From assembly GCA_051294375.1 (NCBI GenBank), contig CM119270.1:11662416-11726415 (forward strand): a stretch of DNA of 64,000 nucleotides. Reading direction: 5' to 3'. Below are positions 26,801-40,470 of this stretch, piece by piece. Each line of letters starts with the position of its first letter. Within the stretch, counting starts at the first letter, position 1. Origin of the DNA: Paraspadella gotoi. Its lineage: Eukaryota > Animalia > Chaetognatha. Position numbers and translations under genes: made by a program. The notes under the pieces were generated by a model, which saw only the letters and a program-made list of their open reading frames with translations, was not told the origin of the DNA and searched no databases.

Positions 26801-29800
26801 AAAGAGAGAGAGAGACTCAAAATTAACCCCAAAAAATATCTAAACGTACGAATAATGAAAGCATGATAGGTTGTATTTTCAAATCTAGCTTTAGAATAAA
26901 TTCAGTGCAGCGACAGAGAAGAAAGCCAATTTGTCACATGACTTTAAGGTGATTCTTATTTAGTTTCGAGTAACTAAGTCCTAAGAAACTTATTAGTAGC
27001 TCAAGAAAAACACTCATCGTCGAAAAGACGCAACTGAAATTAATGGGGACGATGCATGAAAAGAAAGGAAGAGGTTGCAGAAACAGGATGAGCAGATCTT
27101 TCGGATTCATGTTCGTACTCCAAAAGAAAAAAATACAAAAAATGAGCTGGATGCTTCTTGTGCGGTCGAAAGTGGCACATCTCTTTAATAAAGAATGCCT
27201 AGCGAAGAGACAATATATACGCCAATCCAGCAAGAGGCGCAGCCTCACCTACCCGCCGTCCTGCCTGGTCGCCTCCGTCGCGTCCAGATTGTTTCAAATG
27301 ACTGTCCACGGCGACGCAAAGTGTATCCTTTCTCACTCCTCTCCTCCTTCGGTTCCTTTTTTCCATATTTTAAAATTTCGCTCCTATCGTGATCCATGCT
27401 TCGCCCTTTTTCCCTTTTCTTCGAGGGTGTTTATGGTTTCCTTATTATTTCTTTTGCCTCCTCTGACTTTGGCGTTCTTCAAGGTAGGTAGGTGGGAGTT
27501 CCTGTATTGTTTCCATTCACGACCCTTCCAATTTTAACGCTCCATTTCTTTGGGCTAATATTTTTGAGTTCTTTTTTCACCCCAATTATTTTCATTTTCT
27601 CGGTACGATTGTTTTATCCTATTTCAATTTTTCTTTCTCTTCCTTTCTCCTTTTTTTTCTCTTTCTCTCTTTTCTTATTTTCTTTTCTAATGATTCGAAC
27701 ACCTTCAATCGGCCAGACAGCGCATAAGCGATCACGGTTACACATGAGAGAGCCGAGCCTCCTTTACGTCTATACCACAATACAGCAATCGCAGGCAAGC
27801 ACCGTACAGGGCCAAGCTGGGAGGCATCGTCAAACCACAAGTGAACACTAGGGTTCACAGAAAGGATCGTGCCTCTACCTGCCGAACGTTACGTTGAACG
27901 CAGAACTCGGGCAGAGACCATACTCTCTGAATGCCACGCAGCGACCTTGGCCCAAGAACAAACGGGAGGGTTCGTTTCCGTGCGGTTGTTCTCGCTAGAC
28001 GAGTCGAGACGCAGCCCTTCGGCGCAAGCAACAAATCCGAATCGGAGATTCCTTGTTTTGGCCCGGGTTGCCTGGTTTTTCTTTTTGGCTACTCCCCCGG
28101 GTCGGTCCCTTCTTTTCACGTCTTCCCATCCCACGCGGGAGCACCGACCGCAGCGTGGCCGGCCCACTCTCCTCAGCTTTCATCATCTCGAGCCGCCCTC
28201 TTCCGAGACAGATTCAAGTCAACCCCACGCGAGCGCAAACGCGGCGGGGCGAAGCGAATGCGACTGGGCCCGGACGCGGATGTGAGCGCGTTCCTCCGTC
28301 TCTGCCTTCGACTTCATCGGGACTTTCAAATCTCCTCCGATGCCACAAACATCTCTCCCGGTAGATTCTGATAATTGTCGCTGCTAAAATAGGCTCCCCG
28401 TTGTCCCCGCATAACAATGGATGGCCTTTTCTTTCATTAGAACGCCCGTCACTCCCATGCGGACTGGGTCGCGTCCTTTTATTGACCCCACCGTCACAGA
28501 GGCTTTCGAATCGGCTCCGCGACGCCGTCGACCGTCGTCCGACGTACGTCCGATGGTGTCGGTTAAGCTCGGAGTGTCGAAGTCCACAAACAACAATAAC
28601 AATAGTATCCGCGACTACACATCCGACACAATTCATTCAATTTTCTCTCTAAAAGACCGAAACGCGATACTTTTGACACGGTGGAAGTCGGAGGCATTTT
28701 CTATCGCGTCACCCGCCCCTTCTTTTTTTATATCCTTATGGCCTTTATTTTTTTTTTCATTAGACAGGAAAATCACCATTACTCTGTTATTTCCTTCCCA
28801 ATAGTCTGTTCTTTTTTTTCTCTTTGGCTTGGCCATTTCATCAGCCAAATTGATGTGCTACCAGGGATGACTTTCTTCCGCCCTGACCATTATCGCCTCG
28901 CTTCCGATCGGCATATGTGTTGAGTTTTCTATCCTCGTTCGACCTGACGGCTCAGCGACCGGGTCGGTTTTGCCAAATTGGTATTATAAACTGTCTGCCC
29001 GATTGAAGGAAAATTTAAAAAAATTTTAGTTTCTCAATCAAAGATATTCCTTTAAATGACCCCGAAGGTTTCTCCTATTGTGAATATAACCTGTTAACTT
29101 TTTGTCCTTCTTTCTCATATTTCTTTAATTTTTTTTTAATCTACTCTTCGAAATTAACAAAATTTAGAATATGGTTTCCTCATCATGTAATTTATCTTCG
29201 TAAAAATTGACATATGTTTGTTATTTTAGTCTCTTTGAGGATGTGGTGTTCGAGTATTCCTGTTTTCTTTCTTTTTTCAACGTTATATTATTACTAATAT
29301 ATCATATATTTTCAAATCGAACTTGATTGATTTAAATGATTTCATAAAAAATATATATATTCATTATTTATTTGTAACCATTCTACCACGATATAAGTTA
29401 TGAAATCATGTTCTTATAATTCTTTTTTTTTTTTATTTTTATTTTCTTTCTGATCTAGTTTAATTTTCGTGGCTATTCTTTCTGAATTTGTCCATAACAC
29501 AGTACTTGGAGCTCGTGATGTTTACTGTTGTCAGCCGCCTATTGCTGAAAGGCTTTACTCGTCTTCTAACTCCTCTTCCTTCTCATCTCTTCGTCACCTC
29601 CTTTTTTCTCCTTTCATCGTTCCCCTACCTCTCTCTTCTTTTCTATGTTTTTTATTTAATTGAAAAAAAATTGTTCTTGTTAAAATTGTTATTTTTTCTA
29701 TTTCGGGCCATGGAACTTCGTGCAATGTTAAGCATGCAGTCGCCGCGATGCCCTTTCCTGTAATTTCCCCACAGTATGCCTATTTAAACTTTCTTTATAA

Positions 29801-32800
29801 TAGAATTCCCAAGCGACCGGTCACTTCCGGGTCCCTTTCCTTGCCCCCATTCCCCCATTTCCCTGCTGTCGGCTCTCTCTACGAGTTGCATATCACTTTC
29901 CTACCGCGTCTCTCCCTTCGTCGGGGTGATTTTCTCCCATCATTTATCCTATCTTTTCTTTCTTCTCTCGGCTTCTCTTGTTGCATCGTCCTTTTGCTTT
30001 TCTCCGCTTCTCGTTTTTTCTTATGTCTCTCCCTTTACATATTCGCTGTTTTCCGAACTCTCTTTTTTTTTTTTTTGTTCTACCCCCCGCCTTCATTCCG
30101 TTTTTTTCTTTTTCCTTCTTCTTCGCGCCCGTCCATCACACTTATTCTCACACTTACTTCCTCCGATATTAGTGTTGGCGGGTTTAGGCCATCAATATAT
30201 AGGTACTGCCGGTATTTCCTTCTTCTGCGTTCTTTTACTCTGGTAGCAATATCTCAATTCCTCATACTCAGTTAATTCATATTATAATAATGTAATGTTC
30301 GGTTATCTTCGGCACTTCTATTAGAGAAGTGTCTCAACAAGTTCAGTATAGCATTTAATATCATAGGAAGCTTGAGTCTTGTGCTGTTATAACAACTTGC
30401 GGAAGCCGAACTCTCATTTTCGCCCCTTTGTTTGCGATGAGAATGAGTGAGGTGTGATTTGGGTAGGAGAATAGATGATGAGAAGAGAGAGTATTTAATC
30501 CGAGAGAAGAGAGAAGAGAATATGCAGAGAGAAAAGACAGAGAGAAAGAGAGAGTAAGAGAGATGAGAGAGATGAGAGAGAGAGAGTGAGAGAAAGAGAG
30601 GAGAGAAGAAGTTGAGTAGAGAAGAGAAACAAGATTGATTTTTGAGAAGAAGATATATTGAGCTTAGAGGAGAGAGAAATTAGTTGAGTAGACGTACATG
30701 AGAGAGCAGTCAGAGAGATGATGAGCAGAAGACCGAGAATCTTAGATACCTAGGAGAGAGAGCGATGAAAGAGAGCGTCATGAGATATAGAGAGCAGATG
30801 TGTTAATGGATAGTTGGAGAGAGAAGAGAGGGCAATTTTGTACTTGATGATAAGTCGCCAGTGAAAGACACTTAGAATTTCATTTGGATTACGGCTATTA
30901 GGAAGTTATGGGCCCATCGCAGGAATGAGAGATAGAGATGATAGTGGTCTATAATGGTAAAAAATGGGGAGGCAACATGAAGTAAGATTTGGTTTTGAGT
31001 AAGGAAGAGGTCATATTGAGAAAATTAGTATGATTTTATTGAAATGACGAGCAAATTGTCGCCATGCAGAGTAGGTTACTATATATTTCGATAAAGTTTT
31101 GGAGAGAGAGAGAGAGGGAGTAGAGAGGAGAGAGAGAAGAGGAGTGATTAGAGCGAGAGAAGAGAGAGAAAAGAGAGAGAGAAACATTTATTGAAAAGAA
31201 TCTTTTTTGACTCAGAAAGGGTGATAGCCTGAAGAAGAACATTAACGTAGTGCATCAGAAGAATATCATTATCAAAAGAATCAATAGAAAATACAATATT
31301 AGTAGAAGTAGGAAATGCAGAGAGGGAACGAAAGGAAACTTGAAATTAAAGATGAGCCAGAGAGATGAGAAGAAGATGAGATGAGAAAGAGTTTTTGTTA
31401 CATTAATAGATGTAGGAGATTCTTGATGTAAGTAGAGGAGACGTGACTGAGGAGAGGCCGGAGAGTCTTAGGATCCCTCTCGTTCTTTAATACCCACCAT
31501 CGCTGTTCGTATAATTTATAGAGAAAGCACAGACGGTCCCTTCTACTCTCACTCTCTCTTTAACCCTTTTCAAGTAAGTAAAACGGCGGTTTACGTGTTT
31601 TCTCTTATAAAAGTTCTGAGTATGGTGTGCGCGTTTTTTGACCTTGGGAGGGTTTTGTTGCCGCGATTGTTCCCGGGGTCTTTGCAACAAGGGGTAGCGA
31701 CCCACCCGCGGGCTGTTGGGTGTGTAGGGATAACATTGGTCCTGAAAGATAAGGTTTTGGGTAGCGTAGACTTAGATTTTCGTCCAGAAATCTGGAAAAA
31801 GGTATGTAAAAATTAGACATTCTTGTGGCTCTTTGTATTTCACTTGCAACACTGTACATAGAGACAGTTTTTGTAATAAAAAAGAGCGGTCATGGATACA
31901 TCATAGAGCTGTTGACAAGCAATAATCTAATTTGATTACTATAATGTTGAGATTTCCTAGTATATTATATTGTTTTTCAACTCGTTGGGGATTTTTATTG
32001 TATGTATTACGTTGGGACAATCAATATCCCCAAAATAGGATAATTACACCTATTTTATTTAAACCAGTACTGTTGCATCCAGATTCTAACGTCATTATTA
32101 CATAATCCTTTGATTATTCCTGAATCAATGCATTGTGCACTTTCTGTGGATTCCGAGTGGTTCTCTGAGTCAGCGACCTCTGGTTTTCCGGACATTAAAC
32201 TGCGCGCTTTTTCGACCAGTTCTTATCACTTTTCTTGTAGTTCGTCTTCCTGGCCAGCATGAGACTTTAATATACCGATAAGCGGTAGAAGTCGGGCTTA
32301 TCTGTTGTCCGCTCCAGAGGATGGGGAATTTACGACCATTATATCGCTCATGTTTTTGCATTTATTCGGACACCCTGATTGCGCCCTCCGCCCTCCGCCC
32401 ACCATTTTCTCTCTTTACCTTTGTTTCGGGCATTTTTCTCTTTCGGACTATACACACCCCTTGATGCCCCTTTCCCTCAGCCTTCCCTAATCCAAGCATC
32501 TGCCTCCCTCCCTTGAATCCCCTATCTTCTTTTTTCCCCTGGATTTTTTTTTTTTTTTTTTATTCACTTTTTTTCTCTGTTTTAACATAGCTTTCTAAGT
32601 TGTTTAATATTGCCAGTTTCACATTCTCATGTGATCAATCACTTTAATAATAATATTTTCGTCATCTTTCTTTCCCTTAACTTCTCTCCTCCTGTTTCGT
32701 GGTTCCGCGTTCATTTCCGTCGGCTTCTCGTCTTCCGCATTCTCTTTTCTTCCTACGGGGTTAATGCCTCTCCTGGCCCTTCGCGGTTCGCGGCGCCAGT

Positions 32801-35800
32801 AAAAATCTTTGATGCGAAAATTGAATGAAGCTAATCCGGCTTTAATGATGATTTTAGTCGCTTTTTTAACTGCCGCGCGACGAGTGGGTGGAAGCGTCGA
32901 GCTGGCGCGTTGTCTTCCGTCAGATTGCTACTTGAATTGTATTTTAAAGCTAGATTATGAAAAAGATTACAACCCCTACACATGCTTCATTATTCGTAGG
33001 CTTTAGATATTTTGATTGGTGGAGTTAATAGCTCTCTAGAGTCTCTCTCTCTCTGTCTCGTCTTCTTCTCTCTCGTCTCTCGTCTCTCTCTCTTCTCTCT
33101 CCTCTTCTCTCTCTCCTCTTCTCTCTCTCTCTACTCTCTCTCTCTTCTCTCTGTACTGGTTTCCGCCGGGACGAGGGAAACCATTACGAACGTGTCAGCA
33201 GTCCTGTCCTTTGCGGTTCTATAATCGCATCACGTCAATAAGACGGATTTTTTTAATTCCCCATTGCGTTACTTCCCTTTAGTTCGCGAGATATCATTCC
33301 TTATACATGATTGTTATTAGCCGCTTGCACAGAGTGACGCGAGAAAAAAGTATTAACAAACGGTCAATAAACTGCGATGAGAGAGGGAGGGAGGAGTGGA
33401 ATGGAGAGGGAGATAGAGAGAGAGAAAACGGTGAGAGAGCAGGACGAGCCAGAGAGAAGAGATGACGAGAGAGAGTGAGAGAGCATGGAGAGACGAGGAG
33501 ATGAGAGAGATGGAGTGAGAGAGCAGAGAAAATAGAAAATAAAAGAGCCGATATTATAAGCGATGTGGGTAGAACACAAAAGATACAAACGAGAAATTGC
33601 AGAATTGAGGAAGTCTCGAGATGGACACGATAGAAGTTTAAGAAAAACAATGGAAAACTTCTCGAGAAAAACGAAAAACAAAAGAAAAATGGAAGAAAAA
33701 CCACAAAGTTCGCTCGAGGCGAAGAAAAAACATAAAAAAAAAGAAAAAGCGTCCCACTAAGCAAAACAATAAGAACTACACCAAATATACTTATAAAAAG
33801 ACGGGCGTTTTACAAGCCTCAGTAAATGGGTTAAAGCCTTAGGAATAACTAGTTTTTCTTTTATAATGCCGTGGGTTATCACGGGCCAGAAAGAATTAAT
33901 GTTTTGCGTTTTTTATCATTTCGGCTAATGATAAAACTTTTTTTGATTTCGAAAGGCTTTTGGGACCCCGGCCCGCAGCTCGACGCTTCCACACCCACCC
34001 TCGCGCGGCACGTTAAAAAAGCGACTAAATCATCATTAACAACTCGGCATTAGCCCTTCATTCAATTTCGCACTCAAAGATCTTTTAAAGAAAAAAATAG
34101 CTCGTGGGCCGCCGGAAAAAAGATAAGATGCACTAAAAAGAGAACACTGAAGGACAAGAAAGATAAACGGTTTAGAAGAAAAAAAAAAAGATAAGATTCT
34201 AGACAAGACAAAATTATCCGAAAAGATAAAAAAGAAAGATGGAGCAAAGAAAACGAAACAATACGTGAAACAAATGATGCTAAAAAATTAGAGACAGCAA
34301 AGCAATAAAACAAACGATCGAAACAGGGAACGACATCTTTGACGATTACCGAGAATAAAAGATGCGATCTGTTTCACCGAAATTGCGCCATTTCTTCTCC
34401 TTCACAATTTAAGTCCGTAATGTTCAAGAACAATAATGACGGAGAAATAAAAATTCTCTTTTTTTCCTTTTTCCTTCTTTTTATTTTTTTTTACTGACCG
34501 CGGGGATTGGGGACGGCCGAAGAGCAGGGGGAAGGCAAGTGGCTGGTTTGCGGTTAAGGGTAGCGGCAAAGAAAAAACGCCTGCTTTACTTCCCATTGCG
34601 GTGATTCTGGAGGTAAGTTCTAATTTTTGGTTATTAAACAAGGTTCAGCGGAGTTCTCGGCTTTGCGCTTCAAAGCATCTCTCTTCTTTGGGNNNNNNNN
34701 NNNNNNNNNNNNNNNNNAAGAAAGCCAATTTGTCACAAACTAAAAGAAACTAAGAGTCAGAAAAATGACGTCGAGAAAACGCACAAAATTGGAGATGCAT
34801 GAAAAGAAAGAAGAGGTGCAGAAACGATGACAGATTTCGGATTTTTCGACAAAAAGATAAAAAAAAAAAAAAACATCTTTTGTGCGACGGAATCCTTAAT
34901 AAAGAAGAGCAAAACAAATAAGATAAGAGGCGACGCCTCACGACCCGAATTCAAATGACTCCCGAACAAAAGATCCTTCCTTCTCTTTTCTTTTTCCATA
35001 TTTAAAATTTCTCCTCATTCCTTTTTCGTTTTTCGTTTTATTTTTTATTTTTTTCTTTCCTTTTGTTCGTTCCGTTCATTCTTTTCTTTTATTTTCTTTT
35101 CAAAATATTTTCATTTCGATGTTTTACATTTTTTCTTCTCTCTTTTCTCCTTTTTCTTCTTCTTTCCTCCCTTCACCGTAACTAAACGTCCTTACGTCTA
35201 TAAATACACAATGCACAAGACAAGCAGACGAAGCAAGACAAAGAAAAGGTACAAGCAATAAACTGCAGAGACCACCCAAGCCCAACCGGTCGTCGCTCAA
35301 AAATCTCAAAATCTTTTTCCGTCTTTCTTTTCTCCGTCGTCTCACTCTCCATCGAGACCCCCCCCCTCTCCTTCTCCCGCTCTTCACTCACGTCATCCTA
35401 ACCCCCCACCTCCGGACCACCGACTCGCGCCATCTACGCCACGAACGCCATTCAACGTCACCATAGTCGTATTTTCTCTCTTTTCTGGCATTCCCATTCT
35501 TCCGCTTTTTCTCCTTCGCCGTCCATCATTCGACTCTCTCCCCTCCGCAGCCCTCCTTACTTTCTCTCAACTCTCAACTCTTCGTACAGTCTTCAATGTG
35601 TCCGTTTCTTACGTAATATAAAATTAATTCAACACTTTTAAATATTAATTCATATTAGTAATTTAACCCGCAGATTTTTTTACTTTCTTCTCGTCCAAAT
35701 GTCATTCTTTACTTCTTCTACTTAACTTCTCATCTTCACCTTCATTTTCCTACCTCAATTTTTTGTTTAAATTTTATTTCTATTCCCTTCCACAAAAGAC

Positions 35801-36126
35801 TTATTCTTTCATTCCAGCGACCGTCCACTTCCCTCCCTCCTTGCCTCCATTCTCCGCCATTCCTGCCTCTCTCCATTCACTTTCCTACCTCCCTCCACCT
35901 TCGGCGTTTCCTCCCATCTGTTTCTCCCTTTTGCTTTCCCTTCTTCTTTCCCCCTACTTCCCCGCTCCCCCGCCTCCTCGCCCTCCCCGTCCACAGTCAC
36001 CGCGCCGTATTTTCTCCGTCTGGAGGGCAATCTCATTCTCAACTGTAATCATAAAAGAAGTCGGCTTCGGCCTCAAGTGTTCTATCAAATATGGCGCGCC
36101 ATGCCTGCGGATGAGAGAGAGGGGAT

Positions 36127-36190
<64 letters not shown>

Positions 36191-36364
36191 GAAGAGAGAG
36201 AGGGGGGGGCATGTCTGTGATGCCGAAGAATAGAATTTTTTGGATCGGCAAGAAAGAGGGGAAAGGTCTAGAAAAAAAAGGGAAGGACATGAAGAAGTGG
36301 GAAGAGAAGAAATAGAATTCTGAAAGAAACAAAATTGGAGAGAGGACTCGAAATTTGGAGAGAG

Positions 36365-36428
<64 letters not shown>

Positions 36429-36631
36429 GAAGAGAGAGAGATAGAAAGAGAGGAGAGAGCGAGAGAGAGAGAGAAAGAAAGAGAGAGGGAAAACATTTAT
36501 GAAAAGAATCTTTGACAGAGGGACTGAGGAAGAACAGTAGGAAGAATAAGTAAAAAGAAAATAGAAAAAAATTGAGAAGAGGAATAGAAGAGGAAACAAA
36601 GAAAACTGAAAAAGATGAGAGAAGAAGAGAG

Positions 36632-36701
<70 letters not shown>

Positions 36702-37595
36702 TCTGACCTCGTCTAAAACCCCATCGTCGAAATGAAAGCAGCGCCCTCACTCTCACTCTCTCTCTTTCAAAAAACGCGGTTCGTTTCTAAAAAGCGAGAG
36801 GGCGTTTTGTGGGGCGGGGTTAGAAGGGTGGGAGGCCACGCGGGGCTGTGGGTTTGAGGGATAGGAAAGAATGGGTTGGTGGCGTAAGACTATATATTGA
36901 AAGTATATAATATTTTTAATCCATTTAATTTTTTTACTGATTTTTTTTATTTATTTTGCCTTCAGTCCAAAGGATGATTATATTTACTTATTTTGCTTCC
37001 GATTCTACTTTATTCATAATCTTATTTCCTGAAGTGAATTGTGAATTGTGAATTGTGAATTTCTCTGGATTCCATGGTCTCGAGAGCACTTGTTCGCGTT
37101 TTCAGAAATCTATGGATTCAATATATATATATTTTTTTTTGCATTCTGGCTTTTTGAACTTACTTTTGTGGCTGCCATAGATTTAAACTTATCAGGTTAC
37201 TATTTTGTCCTCGATGGAACAAACGTTGCCAATATGACACCCACCATTTCCTTCTTTCCTTTTCGATTTCTTGATTGTACCCTTGATCCCCTTTCCCTCT
37301 CCCTAAGTCCAGCATCCCCTCCCTCCCTTAATCCCCTATTTCTTTTTTTTCCCTGGATTTTTCTTTTTTTTTTATTTCACTTTTTTTCTGTTTTTTTAAA
37401 TACTTTTCTAAGTTGTTTAATATTCAGTTCACTTCTCATATCATATCACTTTAAATAATGATAATTTTCTCTCTTCTTTCCCTTAACTTTCTCCTCTGTT
37501 TCGTCCGCTTCATTTTCCGCTTCTCTCCTCCGCTTCTCTTTCCTCTTCCTACGGGGTTTTATGCCTCTCCTGCCCTTTCGCGTTCGCGGCGCCCA
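23885..37595. repeat. Multiply duplicated low-quality segment with direct and inverted copies, probable long-read gap-fill artefact
   Basis: 23885-24013 matches 25411-25529. 24296-24776 matches 25638-26160 and 32800-32887. ~33290-34660 is an inverted copy of ~25130-26600. 26919-32800 is an insertion-riddled copy of 34718-37595. The noisy block is bounded by 25-N gaps at 25530-25554 and 34693-34717. Confidence 0.85.
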
Positions 37596-38745
37596 GCCTT
37601 CCATTTACATTGAAAGGTTCCGCTTCTCTGGTCCCCAGTCGACGATAAAAAGATACCTAAAACAAACACACAAAATCTGCCCAGCTCCCGACACCTCAAA
37701 CCCCCTAAAGTTCATTTAGTTTATCACTCTTCCCCCCCCACACAATTTATTCAATTTATATATAGACTTCCCTTAAACACTAACCACTTCCCCCAAATTT
37801 TTCATTTAAACTTCACATCCGTTACATCCTCCCAAAAATCCCCTGAACTTGCGAAAGCCAAAATCGAAATCGCTTTAAATATTCCTGATTGGATTCTCTT
37901 CCCAACGACCGACCGACCTGTAGTTACCCACCACATCCACCACCTAACCCCCAACCCACCTTCCCCCCCCCAAAAAAAAAAACAAAAACAAAAAAAAAAC
38001 AAGTGGGCAACGTTAATTCCTTCTGGCTGACCGATGTCGGGTTTCCACAATTCGATTTCGCCCCCTCGCGAAATCCCAGCTAAAAAAAAAATATTCCCAA
38101 ATTTGGCTGCCATTTTTTTTTTTTTTCAAAATTTGTTTCTAAAAATTGATTGCAGCAATCAAAACCTTCGATTGGAATCAACTCGCGATCTATTCTATTT
38201 TTAATCTCTTCTTCACCTCTTCCGCGTAGTCTAACATACTTTTCAACAAACTTTCCATAACTATTTCTCCCACCACTCGTTATTCGTTAACTAATTTTCC
38301 ATCACTCTCCAATCATTTTCCTACCCCTTCTTCCACCGCTATTCATCCCTCTCACGAACCCTGGGTCACGCATTCGCATTATTTTTTCTATTTTCAGTTA
38401 TCTGTTCCCTTCCCTTTCTCCTCACTCCATAGAATTCCGAGGATCTTCTCGATTGTATTCTAATCTTTCGCCCCTTCTCCTCTCTCACCCCCTCTCCCCC
38501 TTTTCCTCTCCCCCTTGCCCGCCGGGAATGAGCAGTGCGGCCTCGCACCCATGGAAAAACAATCGAGCTCAATTTGTTACTTTGGGTTTGGCTGCCGCCT
38601 TTTCTCCCTCTGCCCTCGAGGCGACAGTGTATTTTCGGACACGAACGCTCATTCTTTCTGTCTCTCTCCTTCTGTGTAGCTATAATAGACGTTTTTTTTC
38701 TTTCTTTCTTTCGTCCTTATTTTCTCGCTCGCTCTGGCTGTTTCT

Positions 38746-38802
<57 letters not shown>

Positions 38803-39439
38803 CTCTCGCTTTTCCTTTCACTTTCAGTTTCTCTCTCGCTTTCTCCCCGTGCCAAATTTCCCGCCAAGCTCTAGTCAAAAAATTGATTTAGCTAAGGCAT
38901 GAAAGAAACGGCTATAACCTGAAGGAAGGGTGTTTTGACGGTCGTGGCGGCCGACGCGAGCGTTCCCGCGCGGAATAAAAGTTCAACGTCCGCGGAGTCA
39001 CCGGCGGACGACATCGCGATCGAGACGGCCCAAATAATAGGGAAAAGTTTTACAACTGATTCAGTCGCGAAGAAAAAAGGGAAAAAGGGGGACAATTGGT
39101 ATCCGTCTTATTTTTAACTTTAGCAATGTTTTAGAGAGAGAAAGTCGTTGCCTCTAGAACGTTCAACGTTTTTAACATCTCGCCGTTGGGGTTTATTTTT
39201 AATTGATTTTATTCTCACGTTTTTATATTTTAATCTTGAAATTAAAGAATTAATTTCACACCTCGTTTTTATGAAACAAACATTTTATCTCCGTTCCTCG
39301 TCGCCAAATTGTTTGTTGATAAATAAACTCGCCAACCTGTTCCAAAAACTGAACGTTATTTAAATAAGAACTGAAGTCAGCTAACGTGATCGAAACTACA
39401 GAGGCACAAACAAAGGGAAAGCACAAAAACTCAAATAAT

Positions 39440-39520
39440 TTTTTTTTACTTGCTCCACGAGTACAGTCGGTTGGTCGGTCCGTCGGTATGTTTGTCTGTC
39501 CCACTTATGTTAAAAATTAG
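39440..39520 (+). mobile_element. Second copy of the HINE/MITE-like fragment
   Basis: gtcggttggtcggtccgtcggt...tgtcccacttatgttaaaaat matches 58205-58250. Confidence 0.45.
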
Positions 39521-40150
39521 CCTATAGCTGGTTGCTCATTTGTTAAGACAGAAAAAAATCTCAAATCTAAGTGGCTGCTAGCCCCACCTTCAGGAAATTC
39601 TAAAACTATAAGGAATAAAAGACGGAATTCAGATACATGTGCGATTGTGCGTGTCATAAATACACAGGCTAAGAAAGTTATTGTAATCATGTAGTTATGT
39701 AATGTCGCGTCATGTCATGTCATGTCACGTCACGTCAAGTCACGAGAAATACACGTGATAAAGCAGGCACCGCGGCGCAACACATTTGAATTACCGTTCT
39801 TGTTTTTCAAAAAGGAACCCGTTCGGTTATTTATGAACTTGTTGAATTTGAATCTCCTTATTGAATGTTGATCGATTGGTCAAATCAAATCATCGACAGA
39901 GTTGTTGATTTAATTTATTTGTTGATTGTGAGATTTTTTCAGGTTAAATAAATTCCAAGAAACGCGGGAGGAAAGAAGAAATGTAAAAAGGAAGGGAAAA
40001 ACACGGTCGGTAACAAAAGGAGAAGAGAAATGGAACCAAATATGGAAGAGACGGTGATGCGAGGGAAAGACTTGGCCCGTGAAGCAGTTTTCCTCGAATG
40101 GAATGTGACTCATGGGGACATTTGGAGTCTCACTGCCCATAGGATATCAT

Positions 40151-40185
<35 letters not shown>

Positions 40186-40271
40186 TATAAGATAAGCCAT
40201 TGTATAAAATGTATAAAAATAATATGCCAGGACACGAAAAATTTTTTTAAAGTTTTTTCTATTTGTAACTT

Positions 40272-40470
40272 TATGAAATTAGTACAACCAATATAAAAAT
40301 TATTTATTCATTTAATAAATTAGCTATCTTTCCCCTGACGAAGGCTTTGGTGATTTAAGACCTCCATCACTCTTACAAGATAATGACATAGCAGGTCCCT
40401 GCAAGCTTTCAATCAAGACTCACAGTCTCATTCATTCACTCCCAGAGTAACTGGCTTCCCTATAAATGAA
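40272..40470 (-). mobile_element. Dispersed repeat family member (unclassified non-autonomous element)
   Basis: Homologous to 10772-10890 (gtgatggagg..taaa.caccaaagcct...gatagct.atttattaaatgaat...attggttgtac) and to 8785-9005 and 5600-5660 (gagtcttgattgaaagctt.caggg). Confidence 0.6.

Noticed and set aside
27700-28950. GC-balanced block with overlapping ORFs that resembles foreign or horizontally acquired DNA
   Set aside because: It lies colinearly within the noisy copy of 34718-37595 and is best explained as error-rich read sequence.
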